A DNA stretch of 64,000 nt from Felis catus (lineage: Eukaryota), in NCBI RefSeq assembly GCF_018350175.1, contig NC_058368.1, positions 105,216,001-105,280,000 on the forward strand, written 5' to 3'. This document shows, piece by piece, positions 28,038-42,488 of this stretch; positions within the stretch are counted from its first letter, which is position 1; every line of letters begins with the position of its first letter. A program made the translations under genes and the position numbers. The notes beneath the pieces were generated by a model. That model was given only the letters and a program-made list of their open reading frames with translations. It made no database searches and was not told the origin of the DNA.

Positions 28038-29419
28038 ATTAAAAACAAGATAGGCTAGGAGATGGGCACTCTTAAATGGCTTGCAAGAATGTAAGTTGGT
28101 ATATGCTTTGAGAAAGGAAAATTAACACCCTTAAAATGTTTTGATGCAGATATCGACTCCGTTTATGAAATTGCCCCTTGATGGGCCCCAAGTGTCTAAC
28201 TCCTCAATTGTCCCCATGTTTTCCTTATTAGAAATTGAGATTCAGACAGGAATGGGCTCTTAATGGGGTCTTAATAGGAATGGTAGGTGCTTCAGTAAAT
28301 AAATCTTGGTTGTGTGCCGTGAATTTGTTGCTTCTGGACAATGTAGTTTATGATTCAAGGGAAAAAAAAAAGGTAAAAGGCCCATTAAGGGTTCAAGTGA
28401 ATAAGTTATCCACAGCCAGAACATTTGTAGTGGCTGGTCAGGAAACATGAAACAGGATTTGTCTTCAGGCAACCTGCGTGAATACATATGTGCTGACCAT
28501 ATTTGTGAAGATTTATGTGAAGCCAGGGGGAAACTAAAGATGCTCCTTTCAAGGTATGCTTTTCAGTTGAAGCACCAAAGGGTAGTTTGGGGAGTAGTTT
28601 CCTCACCCTCAAATCCTCCATGAAAAATACATGAGCTAAAAGAGTGTGCTTTCCATACAAACAGGCTTAGACCAGTGTCCTGGCCAAAGACATCATCTGG
28701 ATTACTGTCCCCAAAGTCTCTAAACTAGAAATTCTGGAGCCAGTTCTAAGGCTCATCAGGACCTGAGTTTGACATCTTCACCAAAGGGTCAAATCATAGG
28801 AAGTAAGAGAAGCGGCAGAGGGAAGTCTGACCTTTTTGGTTGTGTTTTATTTTTAACTTGACTTGCACAGAACACAGGGGCTTTCACTTAGAGGGAAAAC
28901 ATGTATCAGTGTAATTGGTTTTCCTTTACTAACTTGACTGTAAAATAAAACAAATATCTTTTATTCTTTTCTATTCTAAGTGGATCGTCTTCTCATACAT
29001 TTGATGGCTCAAGTGCTCAGTGATTGCTCAGTCACCTCACCCTGGCTTCTCCTGAGCACAGACCTGATTCTTTCTTGTGATTACAGACCAGGAAACATTT
29101 CTAGGTCCTGTAGAACGGTCCTGTAGTAAACCCTCAACATGGCTGCACACTCCCAGTCTTTTGTTTTGAGGCTCATCACACAACTTCACAACAGGTGGGC
29201 TGTAGAGGAGTTCAGTCATCATCCAAGTGGACAGTGAACTTGACAGTGAACTCTAAATCCCCTAGCTCCCAGAGGGGGTTTCCATTTCAAGACTCTCCTT
29301 TTCTTTGTCCACATTTACCACACATCTTTTGGCTATCCAGCACCTGAACTCACCTCCGTTAGCCTTCATCCTTTCTTCCTGAAAAACCTCAGGTGCTTTC
29401 TTTCCTGGAGTCAATCTGG

Positions 29420-29690
29420 CATAGCAATTAAAAGTCTAGACCTTGAGCTAGCCTTCTGGGGTTGAAAACCCATCCCTGCCACTTAGTAGGTATGACTCTT
29501 AAACCTAAACTCTGCCACTCACTTTAGACAGTCTTCTGTGCCTCAGGTTCCTCAAGTGCAAAAAAAAAAAAAGGATGATTACAGAAGTGTCTCTACCATG
29601 GAGAATTCTTAGGAGGTTCTCACGAGTTAATATATGTAAAAGGCTTAGGATAGTACCTGACAGAGAAAATAATGAAGAGATGTCAACTCT
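29420..29690 (+). mobile_element. MIR
   Basis: Core-like CTGTGCCTCAGGTTCCTCAAGTGCAAAA...TAATATATGTAAAAGGCTTAG. Confidence 0.7.
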
Positions 29691-30778
29691 CATTATTACT
29701 TCAGAGACACTTAGTTCATCCTGGGAGGAAAGGCAGTATCCATTGTTTAAACTGCAATAACTCCAGTTATGTAACTTTCACATGGAATATACAATAGGGG
29801 CAATTTACCACCTACCCAGAGATAAAGGCTTCTGGATAAACATTAGACACCCTTCTCGACATCTTGTATTGAATTGAGTTGAAATCAGTTAAGTATACAT
29901 TACCCTACTGTGCCCTAGTGCTATAGACAGAATTTCTAGCTACAATTTCACCTGCATACCCTTCCAGTTCAGTCACAGCCCGTAGTGGCTGGATACTGAC
30001 TGAATCAGGCTCACTACTGGGGGGCCCAATCTGATCTAGGGCAGTCACAAGAGTCCAGCCAGCCCATGGTATACAATTAATTTACACTCGACTTGGTTTA
30101 TATACACATAAGACCCATGAGGGGCGGGGAGACATAGAAAGTGGAGCAAGTGGAAACAAATCTTCAGGTTCTCAGCATACGTTTTCCTAAAGCCAGTCCT
30201 GTTTCCCAGACTCAATCAGTTGATAGCTCAGGGTTTCCTAGGCTAAAGAAATTGCTTGTAAAGAAGACACTGTCAACACAGACTCAGAAAATTCAAATAA
30301 GACCGTTCAAATCTTGAGTGAAAACAAGACCACTTGGATTTATCATACTTGGCCAGATTTCTGCACTTACTCAGATCAGGACCTGGGAAACAGCAACAAC
30401 AAAAGGAAAAACAAAGGGAGGAGAGTTTATCTGCCTTTTGTGATTACATCTGCCAAGTGACTGTGAGCAGTTGTTTATGGCTGTAAGGACAGTTGTAAAA
30501 TAAAGGCCTTATTGATTATACAGTTTGGGATCAGTGCTGTCACCTAAACTTGCCACTTCTGTGCATGTGGTTTTGTGATCACATTTAATCTCTTTGTCTT
30601 TGGCACTTGTGGAGCCTTGAAGAACATCATATACAGTCGGGGAGGTTATGCTGTGAACAAGGACGCTGAGCTAAAGGGCATGTGGGGACTAACTTCCAGT
30701 TATATTCTGCTTATCTGAGCACCTTGGCTCAGGAAAGGACCCTTCTAGAGGAAAGCATACTTTAAAAAAATTCATTCA

Positions 30779-30990
30779 GGGGCGCCTGGGTGGCTCAGTC
30801 ATTTTAACATCCAACTTCAGTTTGGGTCATGATCTCGTGATCCGTGCGTTCAAGCCCTGCGTCAGGCTCTGTGCTGACAGCTCAGAGCTTGGAGCCTGCT
30901 TCGGATTCTGTGCCTCCCTCCCTCCCTGTCCTTCCCCTGCTCACTCTGTGTCTCTCTCTCTCAAAAATAAATAAACACTAAAATAGTTTT
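30779..30990 (+). mobile_element. CAN-SINE
   Basis: GGGGCGCCTGGGTGGCTCAGTC head. TSD AAAAATTCATTCA / AAAAATCCATTCA. Confidence 0.92.
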
Positions 30991-31680
30991 AAAAATCCAT
31001 TCAAAGATACTCCATCAGCTGATGCACAAAGATGCATCTCCCTCCGTAGGCATCTTTATTTATCTCCCATACAGGTAGGTACTCCATGGGATGTAGCAGC
31101 AACCTTGGGGGACATTTTGCACTGCTCAGAATTCTGATCCCCTTACCTACAATGGGGGAATTCTCCAGTACATAGATCTTCAAGAGAAATGGAGCCCACC
31201 AAGCACAGCAGGCCAGATAACTTTCCAGGCCCCCCTGCAGCCTGGGTGAAGTAATATGACAAATCACATGCACATTTCCTGTACTGTGAACTCGGGATTG
31301 GAGATGCACAGAAAAGGGCAGGGAGAATTCCTCAGAGCAGGAGCAAAGTCCAGTTTCCAAAGAAGCAGAGGCAAAAGTAGCAGGAGCTGTAGGATGCATT
31401 CAACACCCAGTGCCACAGTAAACGCTCTGTAAGAGGGGCGCTGCCTACGACTCTAGCCTAGTACTGCCAATGAGTTTGGTTGTTGTGCCGGCTGCTGCAA
31501 AGCCTCCCTCGTGTCCAGGCTGTTTCACAGTCTGATTTTCTCTAAGTTTCTCAGTAGTAAGCTTTTTGTATTTACATTGGTTCTCAATGGTTTACAAATA
31601 AGATTGTTGAGCGGGGATCAGGATGGGGAGTGCTTTGATGCTGGTACATCCATCATATCGAACTAAAAATTATACTAGAT

Positions 31681-31866
31681 GGGGTGCTTGGGTGGCTCAG
31701 TTGGTTAAGCATCCGATTTTAGCTCAGATCATGATCTCCTGGTTCACGAGTCTGAGCCCCGTGTCGGGCTCTGTACTGACAGCTCAGAGCCTGGACCCTG
31801 CTTTGGATTCTGTCTCCCTGTCCCTCCCTCCCTCCTTCTCTCTCTCTCTTTCCTTCTCTCTCTCTG

Positions 31867-31915
<49 letters not shown>

Positions 31916-31936
31916 AGTAAACATTAAAACATTTTT
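31681..31936 (+). mobile_element. CAN-SINE containing (CA)23 at 31868-31913
   Basis: GGGGTGCTTGGGTGGCTCAGTTGGTTAAGC head, CT tract, CA repeat, tail. Confidence 0.92.
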
Positions 31937-32369
31937 AAAATATATCCTAGAAATGTTATCAGGCAGGACTCTACCTTTCTACCAGCACACACATAGGCAT
32001 CCCTGCTTCTTCTGGGCCAACACTTACCTGGTTTGGGAGCTAATCCTCACCCACCATCTCAGGAATCTTAGAAATTCAACTATTCATTATTTTCCGGTAA
32101 ATTTAAACCACTCCTCTCAACTACATCCTTTCTTTCAACATTTGCATATGACCACAAAGCTCCTGGTTAAATAAAATGATTTGCCTTGAGCCCACATGAC
32201 TGAGCTAATGATCTATTTACCCACCATTTACCCACTGGAGTGCCAGAATACTAAGTGTTCCAAGAATGGGTTCCCGGTGTGCCATGAGATATTGAAGGTT
32301 ACAAAGATTTGTGTTAATACTTGTTTGTAAATTAGAACCTCTAAGAGTAGGACCCAAGATGCCCATTTT

Positions 32370-33000
32370 AAACTTTTTCTTCCAGAACTCAATGTAATTT
32401 GTAAGTCTGGAGAATTATGTCTTCCTTCATTTCTGGAAATTTCTCCACATTTTACCTCAAATACCTCACATATTTCAACAATGACCTCAAATATAAAATT
32501 TATTACCTCTCTTGTCCTTCTTTTGGAAACCATCTTAGACTTAGAGATTCCTCTCTGTACTCTATGTCTCTTAAAAGTCTTCCATATGTTCTATCTCTTC
32601 ACTTCTGTAGATTCTCATGATTTTCCCTTAGATTGTCCACAAATGTCCTAGATCTTTTATCTGCTTTATCTATTCTCTGGTTTAACCCATATATTTTTTG
32701 ATGATTTTTATTTCCAAATTTTTACTTGTTTTTTTTTTTCATACTTGTTCTTTTTTCCCCATAATGACTTATTCTTGATTTTTAAAATTATTTTTGGACA
32801 TTAAAACCCTTTTAGATTCCTCCATTATTAAGAGTTTCTAGGTATGGTTCTTCTGTTGGTTGTGTATGCTGACACTCTCCTTCTTTCTCACTGCAGGGAG
32901 TCAACTTCTGTGTTTTGTAATTTTAGACTGTGAGCTTATCTTTAGTGGGGACTGTTTCCATGGGAGCTCCTAATACACTGTTCCAAGTTTGCCTCTCTTC
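32370..33000 (-). mobile_element. Old L1M/HAL1 ORF1-like fragment
   Basis: T-rich degenerate sequence (TTCTGGAAATTTCTCC...CTCTATGTCTCTTAA) typical of reverse L1 ORF1. Confidence 0.4.
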
Positions 33001-33569
33001 ATGCTTCATTAATTCTGAACCATTTTTAAAATATATTTTTGGCTAATGGTTTCTGTATGACAAGATAAATACGAATCAGAACCACAAGCCATACACAACA
33101 TGGATTTGAGATGTAAATTTCTCCAGGATGTCTTTCCTGCATTCTTGAGATGTCCCTGAGTTGATGAGGGATGTATTTTTACCCATTTTTGCCAAATGAA
33201 AAGCCTCTTCCTAGCTCGGTTTGCATGCAGGAGAAGGGCAACCCTATCCCAGCCCCTTTTAGGCAGAAGGCCTATAGGGTTGACTCCCTTTCTTAAATGA
33301 CCATGAAAACTGCTACCCCTAAGGCTGAGGTCTGCTTACAATACCCCTGTAATCTGCTTCATTTCCACTCTTATTCAAGATTACTTGCTTTGAGTTTCCA
33401 TTGCATTTTTAATATCCAGATAGTTCACATTTCTCCTTTGGGGCTTTTACATATGTGTTTGGATCTGTAATATATTGTTTTGTGTTACCATACAGTTTGT
33501 GTGGGAAGGGTGTCTCCCCAAATCAATCCAATCTGTCATCTTGATCAACAGTCTCGACTCACATTTTTA

Positions 33570-34310
33570 ACACTCACTAGGTAAATCTTACACACACTAC
33601 AGCTTGAAAATCACAACATTATGGAATCCAAAACTTTCCTTTTCCCCACTCTCCCACCCTCCTCACTTCACAAATACGTAACTAATCACTCAGATTCAAT
33701 TTACTTCCTAAATATTCTTGTCTTTCAGTCCCCAATTTACTGGAACAACTGAAATGTTTTTATAACTGAAATTCCTGCATCTAAATATTCTCTCATGAAA
33801 CTGTACCCACCTCATATGACCAGGGTGATCTATCTATAGCATGTATTTCTCCAAGCCTAAAATTCTTCCATTTCCTGCAAGATAAAGGCCAAACTTCCTA
33901 GAACCATATAAAAGATCTTCTATTTTCTAGGCTATATGTCTCCTGCTTTTTATCTTGAACTTGACCTCATGAGGTTTCCAATATAGACAATATTTATGAA
34001 TACTAGTCTTATGCATACCGGAATGACCTTGTCCTGTACCTCTTTCTTTCTAATCTATCCAATACATGTATTAAGATTCAGGTCATGCAATATTTCGCCT
34101 AGGAAACTGTCTTTGACCCCCTCCCCCAAGGGAGGGCTAAGGACCCCCTCCGACTCTATACATGCTCTGCCACCAAATATTACACTAGAAGTTAATGTAC
34201 TTGTCTCTCTCACAAGACAAAGAGCTTCCAAAGAGAAGGGATTATGCTTTACTCCATTCCCAAAATCTGCCTCAGAGGCTGGCACCTAATACAGTGTTTA
34301 TTGAACAAAA
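33570..34310 (+). mobile_element. Ancient L2 3' fragment
   Basis: Ends ...GAGGCTGGCACCTAATACAGTGTTTATTGAA, with L2-like motifs (GATAAAGGCCAAACTTCCTAG). Confidence 0.55.
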
Positions 34311-34955
34311 CTAAATTATTGAGAATCACAGAAAAACAGCTCTTTCTAATGAGCTGGATTCTCTCTTAAATTTTTATCTGATTTGGAATGTTTAACCTGG
34401 TCAGAAAAACATAGCCTCAAAAGTCTTCATCTAAGAAGTTTTTTAGTAGATTATGTGCTTGGAAAATTGGGATCAGGCCAGTAGAAATTTTCAACTCTTG
34501 TTGATATGCTCTCTTGGCTCTGCCAGGTTTATAGAAATAGCATTTCTAGTATAATTCCTTATCTAATTTACAGTTTTTTCTCCATTTACTCTATCATAGA
34601 AAATAGTAATAACAGTCCTATGGAAAAATAAAGCAATTGAGAAAAGTAATAAAGAAATAATTAGATACAATAGATATTTTATCTCCTTAAAAATATGCAC
34701 AGTGTGACTCCAGTTTGTGATATTATAGAAAAAAAAACTTGAAATAACACAAATGAGCCAAGACGTGATAGTAACTACATTCCACATCAAACCTTTTTAG
34801 ACTACATTACATTCCTCTTTTTCATATACTGGAATACCTTGGAGTACTTTGAGGTCCTATAAAATTTTCCACCCATAATGGACAAAATTAGGCTACCTCT
34901 TAAAAATCTTTGAGATATTTTATGCTGCAAAAATGACAATTCTTTTCCTTTTCCG

Positions 34956-34958
<3 letters not shown>

Positions 34959-34996
<38 letters not shown>
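34959..34996. repeat. (TG)19 microsatellite
   Basis: Perfect dinucleotide run. Confidence 0.97.
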
Positions 34997-34999
<3 letters not shown>

Positions 35000-36224
35000 A
35001 GTGCTCACAGGGATTATCAAGGAACTTAAAGCATTTAATAAGCACGAGTTACCTTTTGTAAACATCTTGAGTTACTTTTATACACGAAATATAAAATATG
35101 ACTTCAAAGATAAAAAAAAAAGGTTTTCTGGAAGTATCCTTTTTATTGTCTCTGTTCCCCATCTCATTTTGAACATTTGAGGCTCAGAGGTTTTAATCAG
35201 GATGAGTTAATTCATCCATATGTAAACCCTGAGGTAGTTTAAAAATTTCCATTTGTCATTAGGGAAAGTGAACACCAGGCACTCGCCTCACATTACTGTG
35301 TTGTTGACAGAATTGAGAACAGGACTTAGAATGTTCCTGCTAGAACTCTTTGAAGCTTATGAAAGTCATTGAAATAACTTTGAATAATGCAATGAGTGTG
35401 AAAGCAGGGATGGGAACTTTCCTTAGTTTTGTGACCTGAAAAGAGTTCTAAAGGACTCAGGGGTAAGAAATAAGGATCAGAAAGACTGAGGTTTTTTTTT
35501 CCAAGTCAGAGAGAGAAGGAGTGCTTGAACTTCTAATGGCTTGGTTGAAGTGTGGCATTGTGATTACAATCTCTTCACATGTACCCCAAGGAAGGAAGCT
35601 GATATACTCCACAAATTCTTTAACTGCACTGCCATATCATAGTATTATTCCCAGAACCTGATACTCTTTTGCTCCAATTAATTCCTTTCTTTCTACAGCT
35701 GAAATTAGTCATCTACGAAAAAAATAGCAGACATGTTACATAGACCAAGCCTACATAGACCAAGCCTCCACATGTGCAACTTTCTGGAGTTTTCTCCATC
35801 TTTCTGGAGTTTTTCTGCTGTTTTCCCCTTTTTCCCAACTCACACTCATGCCTGTGTCATGCATACAACACACATATGTCCTTAGGACACTCATACTGTC
35901 TTTGTAAACAGCACCTGGCTCTTATCTGTAGATATTCCTCTAGTTGACCTTTATAGATGTGCACATCAGAACCAACCAAAAAGCTTAAAAGCTGGATTAC
36001 CCAGCCAGTTCCAAATTCTCTCAAATTTTGATTGAGTAGACCTGGAAAGAAACTTGAGCTGAGCTCAAGAACTTCTCAGGTGGATTTGATGTGCAGATGT
36101 CAAAGTATAAAACAGGAGGTGAAGTCTTAACAGCCCCCTTCTGCAAGGTCAGTGAAGGAAAAAGAGCAGCTCATCACTGACTTGGCTTCTCCGATAATAA
36201 CCTTCTCCTGTGTGTTTCTTTTCT

Positions 36225-36443
36225 TTTTTCTTTTTTAATGTTTATTTTTGAGAGACAGAGAGAGAGTGTGTGTGTGTGAGCAGGTGAGGGGCAGAGTGAG
36301 ACAGGGAGACAGAGAATCAGAGTAAGTCTCCAGGATCTGAGCTGTCAGCACAGACCCCAACATGGGGCTCAAACCCACAAACTATGAGATCATGACCTGA
36401 GCTGAAGTCAGACACTTAACCGAGTGAGCCACCCAGGCGCCCC
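36225..36443 (-). mobile_element. CAN-SINE
   Basis: TSD TGTGTTTCTTTTCT at 36211-36224 and 36446-36459. Confidence 0.92.
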
Positions 36444-36939
36444 TATGTGTTTCTTTTCTAACAACAACTGATATGTATCAACTTTTACCCATTTCTTAGG
36501 CTATTGCTTTCTTGAATTATGTATGCTAGTGACTCCAGGCCTGTTTGTCTGCCAGGGGAATTTTCCATTTCCTAGTAAAAGAATTGTAAGTCATAATGAT
36601 ACTAGTATAGACCTTTCCTTCATAAAAAAAAAAAAAGACCCAATGTCAGACATAAAAGGAGTGATTTTAGGGTTGGAAAGGATTCGATTTCTAATTTTAG
36701 AGATCTATTATAGAAATTGTCTTACCAAAATACTTTGTAAGACCTGAGATGGCTTCTCAATGTCTTCTCACTTTAGAACCACTGTAGTTTGTTGACAATA
36801 AAAACAAAAGTAAACAGTTTTTTGGAGACAAAAATGCAATCTGTAATGAAAAGATGAAAAGTTTCAGTCACCTAGGAAAGGCAAGTATTATAATTATTGT
36901 ATAGCTATGATCACTATTTCAAGAAATGTCTTCCATACA

Positions 36940-37430
36940 AGACCCAAGAAGTGTAAGCAACCCATGTGTCCATCAAGAGATGAATGGACAAGCCAAATTT
37001 GATATTGACATACAATGGACTATTATTCAGCCCTAAAAAGGAAGGAATCCCACATTGGTCATGGAGCCTACTTAAAAGACAAAAAAAGGGGGAGGAAATC
37101 CTGTCACATGCTAAAACATGGACGAACCTTGAGGACACTAGACTAAGTGATATAAGTCACCAAAAGATATATATTATATGTTTCCATTTATATGAGGTAT
37201 GAGAGTAGTCAAATTTACAAAAAGGAAAGTAGAATGGTGGTTTCCAGGGTCTGAAAAATGGTGAGCTGTTATTTAATAGGTGCAGAGTCTCAATTTTTCC
37301 AGAAAAAAATTTCTATGAGTTGGTTGCACAAGGTACATGCACTACTGAACAGTACATTTAGAAATGGTTTTATGGTAAATTTCATGCCATGCGTTTTTTT
37401 TTTTTTTTGCAGTAATTAAAAATTTTTAAA
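36940..37430 (+). mobile_element. L1MA/MB-like 3' end fragment
   Basis: GCAACCCATGTGTCCATCAAGAGATGAATGGA...ACATGGACGAACCTTGAGGAC...AGAATGGTGGTTTCCAGGG. Confidence 0.8.
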
Positions 37431-39916
37431 AAAATATCTTCAGTGGAAAAGCCTAGACTCAGTAATTGATATTGTCAGTTGACATAAGGCACTATAGAAT
37501 TGAAATTAAAGGAAGGAGAAGTCAGCTTAGACTCTGATACATGGTATGTGAGCAAAATTAGGAAGCATATTATTTATCTATTCATTCTTTCAAACTGTCA
37601 AAAAGATTTATTTCTTGTGTATCTCCTGAACTTTAGTTTTATAGAAGTTTGTCTGGCTCCAGGTCAGCCTCATTCTTACCTGGGGGTGGGGATCAGATTC
37701 AGTCCAAGGTGTCCCAAGTATTTATTTTTCTGGGGTCCTGACATTTTCAAATCTGAATGGTTTCCTATCAGTACAACGTTGTTCCTATTATCACTAACAA
37801 TGACCTGAAAGTTCCTCTCTAAAGCAGAACTGATCAAATATGGCTCCTGAATGTTTTCTGGGTCAGGACTAGAATAGACAACTCACCATTTGTCTACCTT
37901 GGGACACCTTCAACCTGTTCCTGATTAACAACTCATCTGATTACTCCTAAATCTTACAATCTTAGACTCTGGGAAGTTGTGACACCACTAGTCACTAGCA
38001 AGACATGAGGCAAAGTGGCTTTAAGCCCAGTCCACATATTCCCCTCCCTACCCATTATCCTTGCATATCTGAGATGCAGGTATGTTGATGGGAACAGGCT
38101 TGGAGGTCTACCAGATAGGACTCTGAAATCTAATCAAAGATTTCTGTTTGAGAGTTCAGATTCAGGTGCTGTCTTTTCACTGCTAGCTTTCTTAATGGAA
38201 GCAGAGAAAGTATTTTGCTAAAGAGTGAAATGAGAGTAACAGATTCTTGAGTCCAACAAAACCAAGCAACGATCTATATTTGATGACTTGTTTTATGACA
38301 AGGACGTTTGTCTAGACTTGTTAAAATATGCAATATGAAACTTGCTAATATCTACATAGCAAGAGTTTACATAATCACCACACCTTTGCCTCCCTCTCTG
38401 ACTTTCTACATATGATTCACAAGCATCTAATATTTCCTTCACTGGGTTATGCCTTTACAACCCTGTCTTGCACACATATAACCCAATTCACGCATAAGGT
38501 CAGATTCTGAAATTAATCTTTTGTTCTAAGGAATATTGAAAAGAACCATAAATAAATCTAAATATCTTTGTCTCTCTACCTGTGAAATATGGCTTCATGA
38601 CATAGATGAGACAGCTTCTCTAAATAGTGAAGAAGGACAAGATAAAAATATTTAACTAAAGTCACAGCTGGAACATTGTGTATGAGGAATGAAACTAGAT
38701 TTAGGTTGCAAATACTGCTTAATGTTGAGACCATTTCCTCGGGTCTGTGAAAAGATCCCTCCACAGAACAGGACTGACACTTTTCAGTATGGAAGTCTTC
38801 GGATGTGGCAAACCACTGCTATTTCTTCTTTCATCTTTAAAGGTTTATGGTGCATTGCCTCAGTGGTGAAGGGGCAGGAATTGCAGGAAAACCCTGACAG
38901 AGATACTAAGCTAACATTGTCAGATTGAAAGGTTTTCTCTGAGAAAAGAAAATAGAGATTTTGTTGCACTGTTGGAAATGAGTTTTGTGTGCGTGGGATC
39001 AAATGGACACAGTCTACAATGTCACCATTACTAGATGAAATGTCACCTATTATGCATGCCTCCTCAGTAGACATTCATCAGATAGCATGAATGTAAACAG
39101 AATTGAAGAGGAGACTACAAAATGTCTTTGCAGTCAGACTACCAGAGTGACCTTGCCCTGCAAATCATGGGCAAAGGAACTTCAAGATAGTTCAGTTTTA
39201 GTCACTGGGTTATAGTTATAGGTGTTGTCAAGACTGTATGTTTGTAATTTATATGATTACCAACTGTTTGCTCTGTATCTCCAGCATCTTGAGGAACTTG
39301 GTTTTTCTAACTGAAGGCCAAGACACTGTTTTAGTGATCCTTGCTATGCTGTCGGAGTCTTTCTTATAAATCACCTCCTCTTTATAACAGTGACTGGGTG
39401 AGAAGAAACTGAGACGAGGAAAATCAAGAAAAGAGAATTTTTAGAGTAGCAGTATCAACTAAACTGCTAAACACTATCTTATGTTCTAGATAAAAGTAGT
39501 TGGTGTCAACATAGGCAAGACTTTCTATCATTGGTTCTGGTCTGTGGGCCAGTAGTGCTAGATGTGTGTGACTTCCCACCATCTGCTTCATGAATTTATT
39601 CCATTCACTTGAATTTATATTGCCCAATTAGTCTAATATTCAAGTGAATCTTTTTTTTTTTTTTAAATGAAAGAGTCAGAAAGGTAAATCACATCTTGAG
39701 CAAGGAGCCAAGTTCAATGCTTTAATTTCTGGTGATTTCTCCACACATATTTCAATGTCCTTGATCAAACTAAGTGTCAAACATTGTTAACAACAAACCT
39801 AATTGGATGCTTCGAAGTTTCTTAGGGGAAAACTTGGCTTGAGATTTTTGACTCTTATGAAACCACTTCTGTTTCTAGACACACACCACATTAAAGCAAC
39901 TGAAAAGTTGAAGAAT

Positions 39917-40365
39917 AGGGGTGCCTGGTGGCTCAGTCGGTTGAGTGTCCAACTCATTATCAGCTCAAGTTGTGATCTTGTGGTCATATGATTGAGCCCT
40001 GCATTGGGCTCTGTGCTGAGCATGGAACCTGCTTAGGATTCTCTCTCCCTCTCTCCCTCTGCCCTTTCCCTGCTCATGCTCACATTCTCGAAAGAAAGAA
40101 AGAAAGAAAGAAAAGAAAGAAAGAAAGAAAGAAGAAAGAAAGAGAAAGAAAGAAAAGAGTGGCATCTGGGTGGCTCAGTGCATTGAGTGGATGACTCCGG
40201 GTTTTGGTTCAGGTCATGATTCCAGGGTCATGGGATCAAGCCCTGTGTTGGTCTCCATGCTGAGCATGGAGCCTGCTTGAGGTTCTAACTCTCTCTCTCT
40301 CTCTCTCTCTCTCTTTCCTTTTGCCCTTTTCCACTGCTAAAATAAAAATATAAAAAATAAAAGAA
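39917..40365 (+). mobile_element. Head-to-tail CAN-SINE dimer (units ~39917-40158 and ~40159-40365) with a (GAAA)n linker
   Basis: Two SINE heads. Outer repeat AAAAGTTGAAGAATAG / AAAAATTAAAGAATAG flanks both units. Confidence 0.9.
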
Positions 40366-41935
40366 AAAATTAAAGAATAGACAAATTACTTATTTAATTG
40401 CAGCTATATAATACTCAACTAACAGATATTACTGTAAGGACTTATGTTCGATAATTAATTTTTAAGAACCACTAGCTCAGAAGTTCTCAGAGTAAAGATT
40501 CTAAGATAATAATAGCAGTAACAATATTAACTAATGTCATGCCACTCAACAACGTACAAAACACTCAGCCATGCACTCACTTTATTAGTTTTAACATTGT
40601 TATACATGAAATCAAGTCCATTTAACTTTAAACTTACAAGTTTATGCTGTAAAAATGTGTTAATTCTGTATTCAGAGAGCAGTTTTTTGAATATGGTATT
40701 TCATGGGAAAAATACATATTGCAGAAATCTTCCCACTTTGCTGCTTTCTCTATTTTCTTACACACTGTACAAAGCTTGATCATGCTATATGAGAATCATT
40801 TCTCCTCTTATGACTATTCTCCTTTCCTCTATTTAGAGTTCCTTATCATTTTTGTCAGTTATCTTAAGGCCAACTCTTACACTCACTGAGCTTGTATCCC
40901 CTGTCATTTCTCTGCTTTCCAGGCAGAGAGGGATTTCTGAAGGAGAGATTTACTGAGAAGGTTAACTTAATTAGGTTCTCTTTACCACACCAGAAAACCC
41001 TTCAAGGTGATTTAAGCACCTTGGTGCTTCAGCATCTCAATTTTCCAGTCTTCAAACACATGTCTTTGCTTTATGATTCAGGGTAAGTCATATATGGCCA
41101 ATAGCTGCCAATTTCCACTCAGAAGGCTGCCTTAGTCAAGTTCAAAAGGAGTTCTGGGCACAGAACAGAACAAAAGAAAACAAAAACACGCATGTGCCCC
41201 ATTATAAAGTCATTGCAGAGAAAAGCCTTTTCATAATTTTTATAATCATGTTGGAAGAGCTTAGCAGCACTTTCACAAGGCAGACAGGGGAATTCTTTTT
41301 CCCCCACCTATATATTCTGTACTCTGGCTTCTGTTCTCTTCCACCCACGTCACTTTCTATAGCAGTTTGCCAATGATACCAATACCTGTAGAGGTGGGGC
41401 TGAGAAAGTCAAATTGCTTCATGTACAGCTTTGGCCCTTTAGGTTCTCTCTGTCCCCGGGGAAGATTGGACTGGAAAACAGCTTCCTAGGAGGCTCTGTT
41501 AGGTGTGACAAGGCACTTCTCTCTCTGTTCTCAGGGTGTGATTTGAGACTCTAAGACCAAAAATCGGATTTGGGCTTTACCAAGCACTGGCTACACTTTC
41601 TTTTTGAGAAAGACCTTGTGAACACTCAGTTTTATTTTGTGCTGTGCTCAGCCAGTATGAAAATTTGTTTATTGAATTGTTGCACTGTAGGTTCTTTCTT
41701 TCTCAAAACTCTTGGTTGTCAGCCTGATTAATGTTTACTGGGTGAGAATGATAAGGCAGGGTTACACTCACACAAAAAAGAGCTTACAGGCAGGCAGCAC
41801 CCCTTAATCTTAGGAGTGAGTTTGTCTGACTGAGTACAGATATTCTAATGCTATATGAGGGCAAGTTTCTCTTATGGGTCCAGCTTGTTTCTTTGAAGTG
41901 AAAGGGATCTCAATTATCTAACAACTCTGCTTTCT

Positions 41936-42007
41936 TTTCTTTTTTTAAAAAAATATTTAATGTTTATTTATTTTTGAGAGAGAGACAGAGCACAAGTTGG
42001 GGAGGGG

Positions 42008-42069
<62 letters not shown>

Positions 42070-42195
42070 AACCAAAGTGGGCTCGGTTCTGAGCTGTCAG
42101 CACAGAGCCCTATGTGGGGCTCAAACTCACAAACTGTGAGATCATGATCTGAGCTCAAGTTGGATGCCCAACCGACTGAGCCACCCAGGCACCCC
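41936..42195 (-). mobile_element. CAN-SINE
   Basis: TSD TAACAACTCTGCTTTCT (41919-41935) / TAACAATTCTGCTTTCT (42196-42212). Confidence 0.93.
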
Positions 42196-42439
42196 TAACA
42201 ATTCTGCTTTCTGTCAAATGTAACCCCAATATGTACTGTATAGAGTGACCTGAATCCAGTCCTTTATAGCTCTCTGTGTGACAAGAGACTTAAGGTAAAG
42301 TACCTACCTAAATAACTGCTATTTTTGACGCTGGGATCTTATACCTTGGGGGTTTTAGTTACTGCTCCAAGTTTCAATCATATACTCATTTCACTGCCCT
42401 TCAGCTTGTATGGCCAAGGAGCAACATGATATAGTGGGG

Positions 42440-42442
<3 letters not shown>

Positions 42443-42484
<42 letters not shown>
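42443..42484. repeat. (CA)21 microsatellite
   Basis: Perfect dinucleotide run. Confidence 0.97.
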
Positions 42485-42488
<4 letters not shown>

